This document shows positions 47,742 to 59,640 of a DNA stretch of 64,000 nt, in pieces; position 1 is the first letter of the stretch; each line of letters starts with the position of its first letter. The stretch comes from Antechinus flavipes (taxonomy: Eukaryota). The DNA is taken from contig NC_067401.1 of NCBI RefSeq assembly GCF_016432865.1, forward strand, positions 223,138,001-223,202,000, in the 5' to 3' direction. The position numbers and the translations under genes were made by a program. Under the pieces are notes generated by a model. The model was not told the DNA's origin and made no database searches. It saw nothing but the letters and a program-made list of their open reading frames with translations.

Positions 47742-50377
47742 AGTTTTGCAGTTTAGTGGTTTATATATTCTCAGAATAATGTTTTAAATTAAAAAAATAA
47801 AATGCATAGTATCACAAATGAAAACAATCATATTGAAATACAGTTGTGTGAGATTTTTTGTTTTGTTTTGTTTTAAAGTTCAAGCACATCAGTTTAAGAA
47901 CCTCTGCTTTAGAATCTGAAAATGTGGTTTCAGATCCCAACTCTGATGTCCTGATCCTCAGTTTCCTCATTTGCACAGTGAGGGAGTTGGCAAAAATGTC
48001 ATCAATTGTCTCTTTCAGCTCTAGATCTATGATTCTATTTTTAAATACTAAAACAATTCATTCACAAATAGAACCAAATCCCAAGGCTTTTCTAGTAAAC
48101 ACACACGTATTTAAAAGAAAGGCAGTTCTAAATATTATTTTATTAGATATTAGACTTAAATTTTATTTTTGAAAAAATCATTATAGACTTTTTGGTAAAG
48201 GGGATAGGGTAAAAGAAATTATTGGTCTAGAATAGTTGGGAAGAGTAAGAGAGAAAAAAGAGTGATAAAAAGTCTTAACTTTATAAATATAAGCAAAGAA
48301 AATTTTTAAGTACAAAATTTCTGGTTAATTTTTCTCTTTGTTGTTACTGTCCACTTTCTTAAGATTTGAAAATGATAAACTGTTTTTCTTCAATCTCCAA
48401 ATATGAAATGTGCAAATTTTCTGCTTTCAGATGACTATTTAAAGAGATTTGGTGATGTGGAGGGAGGGGTTCGACAACACAGAATAGTTGCAAAGCTATA
48501 AAAAAAATGACATTGGAAATACAAACAATGACAGACTGAATATCAGTGGCACGACCAGGCGCCACTGTAATTGCAGTCTCCTTAAGACATAACTTATTGC
48601 AGGCGAGGGAGCAGAGCCAATATTTTGTATTTTAATTAAGAAACCTGGATTTTGTTTATAATAATTGACTAGAAGGCCACCTCATGCCAGGACAAAAGAG
48701 GATTTTGCCTCAAGTGATCTTTCCCAGTTAAAGATTTAAAATCATGTTACGAATGTTTGATCGAAATATATTAATTGTACCTCCCTATATTCGCTTTGCT
48801 GTCATCAGGGAACTATCAACTGGCCAGGACGATCTTTTGTGTCATTTTTCACTGGAATCAGTTATGACTAAAATGTTAATTATCTAATTCTTAGGGGAAG
48901 AAAAAAATGCTTCTACCATATTCATTGAATCCATTACCTGATTTTTACACAATACCTGTATTATCCCCTATATTAGACAGTATTGTGAAAATAATTCCTC
49001 GGATTGGAAAGTGTCAGCATCTGAGTCATTCAGGGATCACTTTTCAAGGCAAAGTATAAAAGACACAGGAATACTCTGGTAACAAATAACATGACTTGGA
49101 TGGGAAAACCTAATGCAATGCTTTTGGAAGCATCATGCTTTTGTTCATATTGTCTAGGTATACAATCCATCTTTTAACTCTCCAATTGTCAAAATAAGTT
49201 CATCCTTCAAGTGGAGTTGTTGAATGGACATGATAATGGTAGCATTGTTTAGTATCTATCTTAAGAATAAATTTGATCAGGATGTAGCAGAAACATGCTC
49301 CCCTGCAACATAAAGGATATAGGAATACTGAATGGAACACTGCCACCTTTTGGATTTTATAAATTGTGAATTCTGAAACAGACTTTTCAAACTCTTTTGA
49401 ACACAAATATTTAGAAAATATTTATTTTTGAATTTTGTAACACTCTAACTTTATGCAAATGGTCTTGTTTACAATCTGGAGGTGAGAATTGTTTGTTTTT
49501 TCATGTGTCCACTGCTCTTTTCATTTGTCTCTCTTTTCAATACTTCTTTTTCAGCTTAGTCTGGCTTGTCCAGAAACTATTGAGCTCTAGAACCTGGCAA
49601 CAATTCTCTTTGTTTATTTTATAAAGAATGGCAAGAACTGGTCTGGTAATGAAAAACACAAAGGCACTTTTATGTCCTAGGGCTCCTCTATGAACGTGTC
49701 TATTATTTCTCTCCATACCAAGACAAACTACTATACTACACAATAGTTCTTAGTAATGATATACTCCTTATAAAAGAAAGTACTAGATGGACTTTTCTGC
49801 TTATAAGATTGCAACTTTTATAATCTAAGTGTTCTAAAAATATTTGAAGATATATATAATTATACATATATTATATTATAGTCTAATTAAATGCAGACTT
49901 CAAAATATACCAAATAATTCACTAAGTAAATGGTATTATAAAAGAGTTCAGTTCACAGCTAGCATGATTACCTTGAATATCCTGCATACAATACCGATTC
50001 TTAAAATTTTAAGAACAAAATTTTAATAGATATTACAGTACTGAATACTCAATAATTTCTAAAATTTATAGAATGAAAACCTTTTGAAATGTAGAGACCC
50101 GATAGAAGAAATCAAAACTCTCTGAGAATAAAGTAAGTACAAGCCATCACTGCCAACATGTTTGTTACTGGAATTATTCCAAATAAGGTTTTAATGAGCC
50201 ATAGAAAATTATCTTAGCATGAATACCCATATTCAATTAACAGAAAAATGGTTATTTTATCCATTACTATACAACTTACAGAACACAAAATATCAAAAAT
50301 ATATATTAGTATAATAATTTGTCCCAATTTCTAGAAGATTGGGAGAGTGAAATAATGCTAACAGGAAGGAGGAAGAA

Positions 50378-50640
50378 NNNNNNNNNNNNNNNNNNNNNNN
50401 NNNNNNNNNNNNNNNNNNNNNNNNNNNNNNNNNNNNNNNNNNNNNNNNNNNNNNNNNNNNNNNNNNNNNNNNNNNNNNNNNNNNNNNNNNNNNNNNNNNN
50501 NNNNNNNNNNNNNNNNNNNNNNNNNNNNNNNNNNNNNNNNNNNNNNNNNNNNNNNNNNNNNNNNNNNNNNNNNNNNNNNNNNNNNNNNNNNNNNNNNNNN
50601 NNNNNNNNNNNNNNNNNNNNNNNNNNNNNNNNNNNNNNNN
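50378..50640. other. Assembly gap (263 N)
   Basis: Run of N following GGAAGGAGGAAGAA. Confidence 1.
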
Positions 50641-51177
50641 ACAGAGTAAAAATATTTTTAGCCTCATTTTATAGAATGAGCCTAAAGTTTAGAAAAATTA
50701 TGTAAAATTACCAGTTACATAATAATAATCATAACTAACACAATATGCCAAGCACTATAGTAAATGCTTTACATTTAATATCTCAATCCATACCTGATCC
50801 TCTAACTACTGTAGCACATAGCTGCCTTATTAACAAATAAGGGAAGAACAAAATAGAAAGTAACAGAACAAAATGTATTGACACTGATCCTCACAACAAC
50901 CTCAGAAGATGGGTGCTATTGTTGTCCCATTTTATATGTACATAAAAGATTATACATATGTAAATATATTTGTGTGTGCATGAGAGAGACAGACAAATAC
51001 ACAGAGAAGTACATGTATATGTATATATATGTATATATATATGTGTGTGTGTATATACAGTGAATATCAGTTGGGCTTAGAGTCAGGAAGACTTTTGTTC
51101 GAACTGTAACTGATGTTTTCTAATTATCTGACCTTGGCATATGTACATCATACAATTCTCTAGCAGTTATATTCTAA

Positions 51178-51300
51178 GATAGACAGATAGGTAAGTAGGT
51201 AGGTAGGTGGGTAGATGGATGGATGGATAGATGGATGGATAGATGGATGGATGGATGGATGAATGGACGGATGGATGAATGGAAGAATGGACGGATGGAT
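51178..51300. repeat. (TAGA/TAGG/TGGA)n tetranucleotide repeat; continues as (TAGA/TCGA)n at 51842-51888
   Basis: Direct reading on both sides of the LTR. Confidence 0.9.
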
Positions 51301-51309
51301 GCATCCAGG

Positions 51310-51841
51310 TGTTAAAAGTTTAGATCTTTTATTGCTTCCTCCACAATAGCCTGATTAGTTTTCTTGGAGGTCTATCTCTCTCTTTGGTTATAAGAACTCT
51401 TGCTGCTCTAGCTCAACTACCTATGTCTCCAGTCAGCACCAAGGTGAAAGTTGGAATGAATCTCTTGTCTCCTTGCCTGGGGCTGGGCAGCTTTCTGGAG
51501 AGCCTTTCAGATCAGCCTTGGTTTCAGTGGGGGAAGTGCAGGAGCCCAGCCACCACAGTGGTGTGAGATGAAGTGAATGAATCTGTCTTGCCTCCAAGAG
51601 AGGGTTTCTGGCTATCAGTCTCCCAGAGTGCTCTGTGGCCCTGAGAGCTTCTTGCTTATATGAGCTCTCTAAAGATGTGAAGACAAGCATTGTTTCTATC
51701 AGCTCCACTTAGTACCTTGTTTTTTCTGGCCCATAACATCTCCTTGTAAGATCAGATCAATCATACTGAGCCATGCTAAATTAGATAATTATTGTCTCTA
51801 TCACTTCTAATGACTTAACAGTCACTGTTAGGATTCTAACA
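51310..51841 (-). mobile_element. Probable solo ERV LTR (~530 bp)
   Basis: TGTTA...TAACA termini; GC-richer interior; minus-strand AATAAA at 51328-51333 near the 3' end; TATA-like CATATAAG near 51657. TSD not clean. Confidence 0.6.
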
Positions 51842-52296
51842 TAGATAGATCGATAGATCGATCGATCAATCGATAGATAGATAGATATCTGACTTATGGA
51901 AAGAATTCCATATTAGGAGTTCCTTAGTTTGATGAAATCATGGAACCAATCATGGATCTTTTGTACAACAGTGAAAGTTTGAACCCAATTTCCAAGCCTC
52001 AATTTTATTATTTATTTGCTGTTTATTTACAAAAATAAACATATAATATGGCAAAAACATTGCAAACAGTACTTTAGCACACCTTGTTATATTGTAAAGG
52101 ATAAAGATATTCAGCATTCTTCAAAGTCTTGGGACAGCTTTAAGCTAGTAAATATTAAAACTGTCCTAAGAATTTTGGTTCATTCTATATATGTACATGC
52201 CAGAGCAGGTCACCGTATGTGTAGGCAATATCTCATTGAAAACAGTGTCTGACATTTCAAGGTTAAATGAGTTTAGAATTAACTATTTTTTTTAAC

Positions 52297-52541
52297 CATT
52301 CAGTTGTTTCAGTCATGGATGACTATGACAAAATTTGGGGTTTTCTTGGCAAAGATACTGTAGTGGTTTGCCGATGTTTTTCTCCAATTCATTTGATATA
52401 AGGAAAATGAGACAAACAGGGTTAAGTGACTTGCCCAGGATCACACAGCTACTAAGTTTTCTGAGGATAGATTTGAACTCAGGAATATGAGTCTTCCTGA
52501 ATCCAAGCCTGGTCCTCTAACTACCATGGCACATAACTGTC
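52297..52541 (-). mobile_element. MAR1-type CORE-SINE
   Basis: tttggggttttcttggcaaagatactgtagtggtttgcc, gttaagtgacttgcccaggatcacacagct, ttgaactcagga. Confidence 0.9.
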
Positions 52542-53369
52542 TTATTAACAAATAAGGGAAGAACAAACTAGGAACTAATGGAACAAAATGTAATGCCAAA
52601 GGAAATAATTTAAGAGGAAGTGTATTATACAAATAGAGGGAAACAATGAACTTTTAATTTTGTGTTTTCTTTGTAATTCCATAAGTGTAAAATATTTTAG
52701 AATGTGAGATCTGGACAAGACTTTAGCTACCACCTAACCTAAAATTTCTCATTTTATACTTTAAGGAACTGGTACCCTAGAGAATAAGTGACACGATCTT
52801 GTCAAGGTTACACTTTTTCAAACCTGGAACAAAATATTAGATACCTCATACCTTCCAATTTGTTTTCCCATGATAATGTAAATTATGATGTCTTACTCTC
52901 AATGATAAATAAAGTGATAAAAACATCCTTTTCTTTTGGCAAGATGCCTCCTAGATCAGCCAAATAAAATATTTGTTTTTGTGATTGTGTTAATTCATTA
53001 TCAAAAGAAAAAAAATAAATTCAACCTGAAAATTTTAATGTTGGCATTTTAATTTGCCCCTGATACTTTATATTATTTAGTATTTTTAAAAATCCATGGA
53101 AAGGCAAGAAAAAGGGCAAACAGCTAAGATAGAGGCATATATGGTTTGTGTCCCAATTTAAAATGAGTCAGGACCAAATCAAAGCAAACTGTAAAGGAAG
53201 CTAATTTTGGCTTTAGCTCCTCTCCACCTTTCCTCACTTTCTATATTAACACCCTCCCTGAGAGTTAAGATATTCCTACCTCCCTGAAATCTGCTGAAAG
53301 GAGGAGACACTATTTCACTTGGTGATCTAATTTCTTTCAGGTTATCTAATTTTAATCTCTATACAGGTG

Positions 53370-54150
53370 ACTTTCATAAAGTCTTAAAACCTCCATTCTT
53401 ACATCCCCAATCTACTCTTCATCAACTCAAATTTTGATGTAATGTAGGCATCTTGAACTCCAAAGTCCAAAATTGAACTCATTATCTTTCCCAAAGAACT
53501 TTTCTTCTTCCTAAGTTCATATATTATCATCAAAGGACCAGCATCTTTCTAGTTATCCAGGTTCACAATTTGGTTATCATCTTCAACTCTTCACACTCAT
53601 CCAAATTAGTTTACAAAACAAGTTCTGTCAAGTCTAGCCTTATAACATCTCTCCTATATGTCCCTTCCTTTCTTCTGTCATTGACATGCTACTTCAGGCT
53701 CTCATCAACACAAGTCTGGACCACTGCAATATCCTTCTGGTTTTAAGTTTCTTGTTTGTCTAGTCCATCCCCTACTCAGCTATCAAAATAATTTTTTTCT
53801 GAAAACCAAATCTATGTCATATTTTCCCCTTCATTCAATATACTTCGGTTGCAGTCTATTATTTTCTACAATTAACTATAATTTTGATTATCCTTTAAAG
53901 CCATTTATTACCCAAACCCCTTATCTTATTATACCATACATCCTATATATTTCTCTATAATCCAGGGAAATTGGCTTCCTTATTCTATTGAGCTATTCCT
54001 TATATGACACTCCTTTTCTTGACTATATGCTTTTCCACTGGCTCTATTTTGTGTTAGAGTTCTCTTCCTACTAAGTTCCATTTGCTGGCTTCTCTATGCC
54101 TTCAAGTTTCAGCTAAAATCTACTTTTTGCAAGAGGCCTTAACTAGTTCC
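53370..54150 (+). mobile_element. L2 3' fragment (end of ORF2 and 3' UTR)
   Basis: ggcatcttgaactccaaagtccaaaattgaactcattatctttccc, tctggaccactgcaatatccttctgg, caagtttcagctaaaatctactttttgcaagaggcc. Confidence 0.85.
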
Positions 54151-54174
54151 TCTTAATTTTGATATTATACTAAA

Positions 54175-54392
54175 GGGATAGAGGTGGAACTTGGATTCCA
54201 AAAGATTTGAATTAATATTCTACTTTGGACACTATATGACCCTGAACAAGTCACTTAATCTCTCAATCTCAGTTTCTTCATCTGTAAAATGGGGATTATA
54301 ATAGCTCTTACCTTCCAGGGTTGTGTGGATAATTGAGAAAACATATAAAGCTTTGCAAATCTTAAAGTCCTATATAAATACTATCTTTTATT
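54175..54392 (+). mobile_element. MIR
   Basis: gaccctgaacaagtcacttaatctctc...cagtttcttcatctgtaaaatggggattataatag...tttgcaaatcttaaag. Confidence 0.85.
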
Positions 54393-54599
54393 ATTTAGGG
54401 AATTTCCTCATTAGAAGCCAAAGAACCAGAAGACAATGTCTTTTAAATTAGTAAGGTTAAATGATTTACCTAAAATCCCAGAAGAGAGTACCTGATGTTA
54501 AAAATCCCAAGCATGCAGAATATTAGGAGGGGAGAAATTATTCAGGCAACTTTCCCTCAAGTTATGCTATTTCTTGACTTTCTGCTGTTTCTGCATTGC

Positions 54600-55055
54600 A
54601 ACCAGAGGTCTCACTCTGACCTTTCTTTTTCCTCACATGTCAATCTCCATTTCTGTTTCTATCTTTCCTTGACTCCAAAGTTCACTCCCCTTGGTGGTTG
54701 GTCTGTACCACATCCTCTCTCTTCCAGCCCCCAAAGTCCTTCCATACTCCTTCCTCTCAGCAGGATAAAATTGATTCTGCATTGAGGACATCTAACATGA
54801 GTTTCCCTGATTTTTACTCTCAATCTCAAGATTTTTCTCTTTTCTTGTCTCAGAGGAAGAAGTGTCCCTCCTTTCCAAAGGCTAATCCTTCCACCTGTAT
54901 TCTTGATCTCATCTCCTCCCAGATCCTCTGGGACTTTGTTCCATCAATTATCCTTTCTCTCTCTTCTATTTTCAATTGCTTTCTTTCCCCCTGGCTCTTC
55001 CCCTCTGCCTACAAAAATGCATGGGTCTGCCCTATCCTAAAACAACCTTCCCACA
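54600..55055 (+). mobile_element. L2 ORF2 fragment (start of RT domain)
   Basis: ORF 54698-55060 ends PKANPSTCILDLISSQILWDFVPSIILSLSSIFNCFLSPWLFPSAYKNAWVCPILKQPS, an L2-type RT N-terminal motif. Confidence 0.8.
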
Positions 55056-55639
55056 ATTGAATTTTAATGTAAAGATTCTAGTAAATACATAGGAATTATT
55101 ATAATCCTAATAATAACCCAGGTGCATAAAATGTCCATGGGGCCTTGCACCTTGGAATTAAATTACAGTCCTAAATAAACCCCAGCAGCATTTAGTTTGA
55201 TAAGATGTATATAAATAGATAATATGAGAAAACAGGAATGGATTTCTCATTTTTTAATCAGTAAGTTTTATGATCAGTGGAACAGACTTGATTGGAAATA
55301 AGTGAGGGTAAGTAGAATGATTTGATGGCAATCTCAGCAACAGACCATAGGAAGAAGGCAGATTTTCATCAAGAGGAAGTGGTAGCAAAAAATAGGTAGA
55401 GGTCCAGACTAGCCTGGGCCTAGATTATCTGTTACTGACTACCTGTCTGATGTTCCATGTACAGAAAAAAAAAGGGGGGGATTGCTGATGTTGTAAAATG
55501 GCAGAGCATGAAGCTATCTTTTGGTTGATAGTATTTTGATACTCAGGGAGTCAGACAGTAGGTGGCAGTCCCTGAAATATACAGTGATCAATAGACTTTC
55601 TTTAAAAGAAATGGGTTTCAAAAAGCTATCAAACTATGT

Positions 55640-56340
55640 GTACCCTTTTATCCAGCAGTGTCTATTGAAACTATATCCCAAATAAATCATAAACAAAAGG
55701 AAAGAACCCACATATACAACAATGTTTGAAGTTTTTGTAATGAAAAGGAACTGGAAACTGAATGAATGTTCATCAATTGGGAAATGGTTGAATAAGTTGT
55801 AGTATATGAATGTTTTGGATTATTATTATTATATGAGAAACAATCAGCGGAATGATTTCGGAAAGGCTTGTAGAGACTTACATGAACTGATGCTAAGTGA
55901 AATAAGCAGAACCAGGAGATTATTGTACATGGCAACAAGATTATGCAATGATCAATTCTGATGGATGGAATTCTTTTCAACAATGAGGTGATTTAGGCCA
56001 ATTCCAATTGACTTGTGATAGAACCATCTATAGCTAGAGAGAGAATTGTGGGGACTGACTATGAAGCACAATATAATATTTTCACCTTTTTTCTTGTTGT
56101 GATTGGTTGGCTGCTTGCTTATTTTTTTCTTTCTCATTTTTTTCCTTTAAATTTGATTTTTTGTGTGTGTGCAGCATGATAAATGTGAAAATATGTTTAG
56201 AAGAATTGCACATGTTTAACTTATATTGGATTACTTGCTGTCTAGTGGAAGGGAGAAAAGGAGGAGGGAAGGTTTTGCAAGAGAGAATGTTGATAACTAT
56301 CTTTGAATGTATTTTGAAAAACAAAAAGTTATTAGTATAA
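55640..56340 (+). mobile_element. L1 3' fragment (~700 bp)
   Basis: gttcatcaattgggaaatggttgaataag...agacttacatgaactgatgctaagtgaaataagcagaaccagg...gaattgcacatgtttaac...ctttgaatgtattttgaaaa. Confidence 0.9.
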
Positions 56341-56399
56341 AGATTAGTGAACCTAAAATAGTTAAAAAGACAGGCTTTTGTTGACTGAGCTAAATATGA

Positions 56400-57420
56400 G
56401 ACAGTATAGTACAAGGGGAATTTGGAAAGAGTATGGCTTGGAAAAGGATGGGGGAAACATAATGAGTTCTGTTGTGAACAAATTGTTTTTGGGATACCTA
56501 TAAAGCATATAACTTAAAATGTCTAAAGGTACCTGGTTTTGTAAGAATGGATCTCAGAAGAGACTAGAATAGCATATATAGATCCTGAGATAATCAGAAT
56601 TTTCAGAGGGCTGATGAAATCACCAAGTGATAAAGTAAACAGAAAAAAGAGAACGGGATCTAAGACAAAATTACAGGCTATATCCACTTAGTGAATATGT
56701 CATGAATGAAGATCTACCAAAGGAGACTGAGAAGTGGTAAGAAAGATAGGAGAACAACAAAAAAAGAGTATAAGAAAACTTCAGAGAAAGAGCATTCCAG
56801 AGATGAAAATGATCCACCATGTAGAATGCTTTAGAGTACTCAAGAGGAATTTTTAAAAACCCAATATATTAGGCAATAAAGAGTTCTATGATAAATATAA
56901 AAATAATTTTGTTTGAATGAAGAGATTGGGAGCCAGATTGCAAAGAATTTAGAAGACAGTAAGAGAAGAGAATATGTAAGCATGGAGAATAAATACCTTT
57001 CTTAATGAATTTATCAAGTAAGTGGAGAGCAGTTATAGAATGATACTAATGGCAATTGTAGGATCTACTGACTTTTTGTTTGTTTACTGTGCTTATTTTT
57101 AAGAATAGGGCTGATATGAAAGTGCTCTTAGATAGTAGGGAAACAGAAGGGATAATAGTGGAGACAAAGTGTTGAGAAGAAAAGGGAAGAATACACATAG
57201 AACTGTTGGGATGGAGAAAAGATACCTTTCTATCAAAGAATGAAATAAAGAAGGAACTTGATGGTGATGATGATATCAAAGAAGTGTCACAGTGTCATAG
57301 TAAAGAGTAGGAATTAAGAAGCTCTTGGCAAATGACCTAAATTGTTTTGATGAAATATGAGTTGAGGTCCTTGGTTGAGACAATATAGGAAGGAATTGTT
57401 CTTAGATGATTGAGGAGGAA
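56400..57420 (-). mobile_element. Old L2 fragment
   Basis: Purine-rich reverse L2 motifs gatgaaatcaccaag, aaaggagactgagaag, gagccagattgcaaag. Confidence 0.65.
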
Positions 57421-57596
57421 AGGAAAAGAGGAGTAAAGTTAGTCTGGAAACATTCCTTCTTGATTACACACTGTGCTGACCCTTTGTAATCACCAAATCA
57501 TTTTTCCAAATGTTCATTTTTGTCAGGAATCAAGGTCAATTTTCCTGGCCAATAGTATTTAAACTCACCTCTTTTCTTTTGAAAATGAAGTCAACT

Positions 57597-57740
57597 GGGG
57601 CAGCTAGGTGGCACAATGGATAGTGCACCAACCCTGAAGTCAGGAGGACCTGAGTCCAAATCTGACCCCAGACACTTAACACTTCCTAGCTATGTGACCT
57701 TGGGCAAGTCACTTAACCCCAACTGCCTCAGGGGAAAAAA
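57597..57740 (+). mobile_element. Full-length WSINE1-type SINE
   Basis: GGGGCAGCTAGGTGGCACAATGGATAGTGCACC...GAGTCCAAAT...GGGCAAGTCACTTAACCCCAACTGCCTC (A and B boxes recognisable). Confidence 0.92.
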
Positions 57741-58884
57741 TTATCATATTGGGTCAGCAATTACATCTACCAGATCTTTCAATATTTAAACCTATTCTGC
57801 ATTTAGGTATGATTACTTGAAATCATTAAGGATAGCCTACTGTTCTCTTCTTGTTCCTATATTCATCTTGTATATCAAATCCTCATTAAACATTTCTCTT
57901 CTGTTGTTGTCAGGAAAAGCAAAACAAACAAAACAAAAATAGAAGAAATATAAAATTTTAACAGTCCTACTTTCTTGCTAATTTTTTAATCATATTTATC
58001 CTAGAAGTAGTTTTGACTTTTCTCTAGTCCTCTTTTTTCCTCATTATATCTTTAAATAAGATTTTAAAATAAAACCTTTTTGTTGTCTTTTTCATACAAG
58101 TTTCAATTTTTTCTGTATTTTGCCTCTTGCTAAATGACTGCCATTATTTTTATGTCATATTATATATTCATTCTCCATTACTTTTCTTGTGTTGACATTA
58201 TTTTGAAATACTTTAAAGTTCTAAGTAGGTTGATAAACTCCCTGACTATCTACATTCATATAATTAAGCAATTTTGCCTTTTCTTCCTAACTGGGGTAGT
58301 TTCTCATTATGTCTTTAGAAATTAATATGTCTTCTAGAGGAATAGATATTTCCTTTCTAGTTTCTGATCTCCTTGATACCTGCTTCCCTCAATACTACCA
58401 TTTACATTAGTGTAGGTCAGCTTTCCTCTCCTTTATCAAAAATTTCAAGGTAGTTGTTACTTTTTCCCAAGATTTCCAACATTTCAAGTCTAGCAACAAG
58501 TTCCTATGGGTCAAATCAAGCATAATTCTACTTATTGGTTTCTCTACCTTTCAAACACTTAAATTGTCATTAAGACAAGTTGAGAAATTATTTGAATCCC
58601 TGCTGGGGCTACAGAGAGAATGCTGAAAGATTACTAAATAATTGGCATCACTAATCATTTTTTCTGTTCTATATTCCATGCAATATCATATCTTTGTATC
58701 AGTATTATGACTCATTCCCTGAAATCTACTATTTTTTTTTTCTGTCCACATGATCAGTAGTATTTTCTAATGATGTCACTTCTATTTCTCCTTTCTTTTA
58801 TCTTCATCCAAATGCAAGGCAAGAGGCTCCCCCCCATCTGATTGTTAAATTTTCTCATATATATTAACAATCTTTCTCTATCAC

Positions 58885-59640
58885 ATTTTTATTTCATTAA
58901 ATATTTCTTAATTATATATAAAATTAATATTTATTTTTTTAAATTGAGTTTCAAATCCTCTTCCTCCCTCTCACAGCTCCTCCTTCCTTGAGAAGGTCAA
59001 GAATTTGGTATTGATTATGTATGTGAAGTCATGCAAAATGCATTTCCATATTAGAGAAGTTAAAAAAAACAGATTAAAAATATAAGAAAAATAAAATTTA
59101 AAAAGTAAGCTTCAAACTGCGTTCAGAATTCATTAGCTCTCTCTCTAAAGGTAAGTAGCAGTTTTCACCATTAGTCCTTTGGAATTGCCTTAGATTATTC
59201 TTTTGATCTTTCATAGTTGATTTTCCTTAAAATATCACTATTGCCGTGTACAATTTTCCTGGTTTTGCTCACTTCACTTTGCATGAATTCATACGTCTTC
59301 CCAGATTTTTCTGAAATCATCTTACTCATTTCATAAGATAAAATAATATTCTATCATAATCATATACCACAACTTGTTCATTCTTCAATTAATGGAAATC
59401 TTTGATTTCCAATTCTTTGCCGCCGCCACCACCACCACCACACCAAAAACAGCTGTAAACAGCTAAGTACAAATATTCCTTTCCTACTTTCTTTGATCTC
59501 TTTGGTATACAGACATAGTAATGGCATTGTTGGGTCAAGAATTATGCACACTTGTGTAGCCTTTTGAACATAGTTCCGAATTGTTGTCCAGAATGATTAG
59601 ACTAGTTTGTAACTCCAACAACAGTACATTATTGAGGTGT
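58885..59640 (-). mobile_element. Old L1 3' fragment
   Basis: gtcatgcaaaatgcatttccatattag, ctggttttgctcacttcactttgcat, cataatcatataccacaacttgttca, gttgtccagaatg. Confidence 0.85.
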
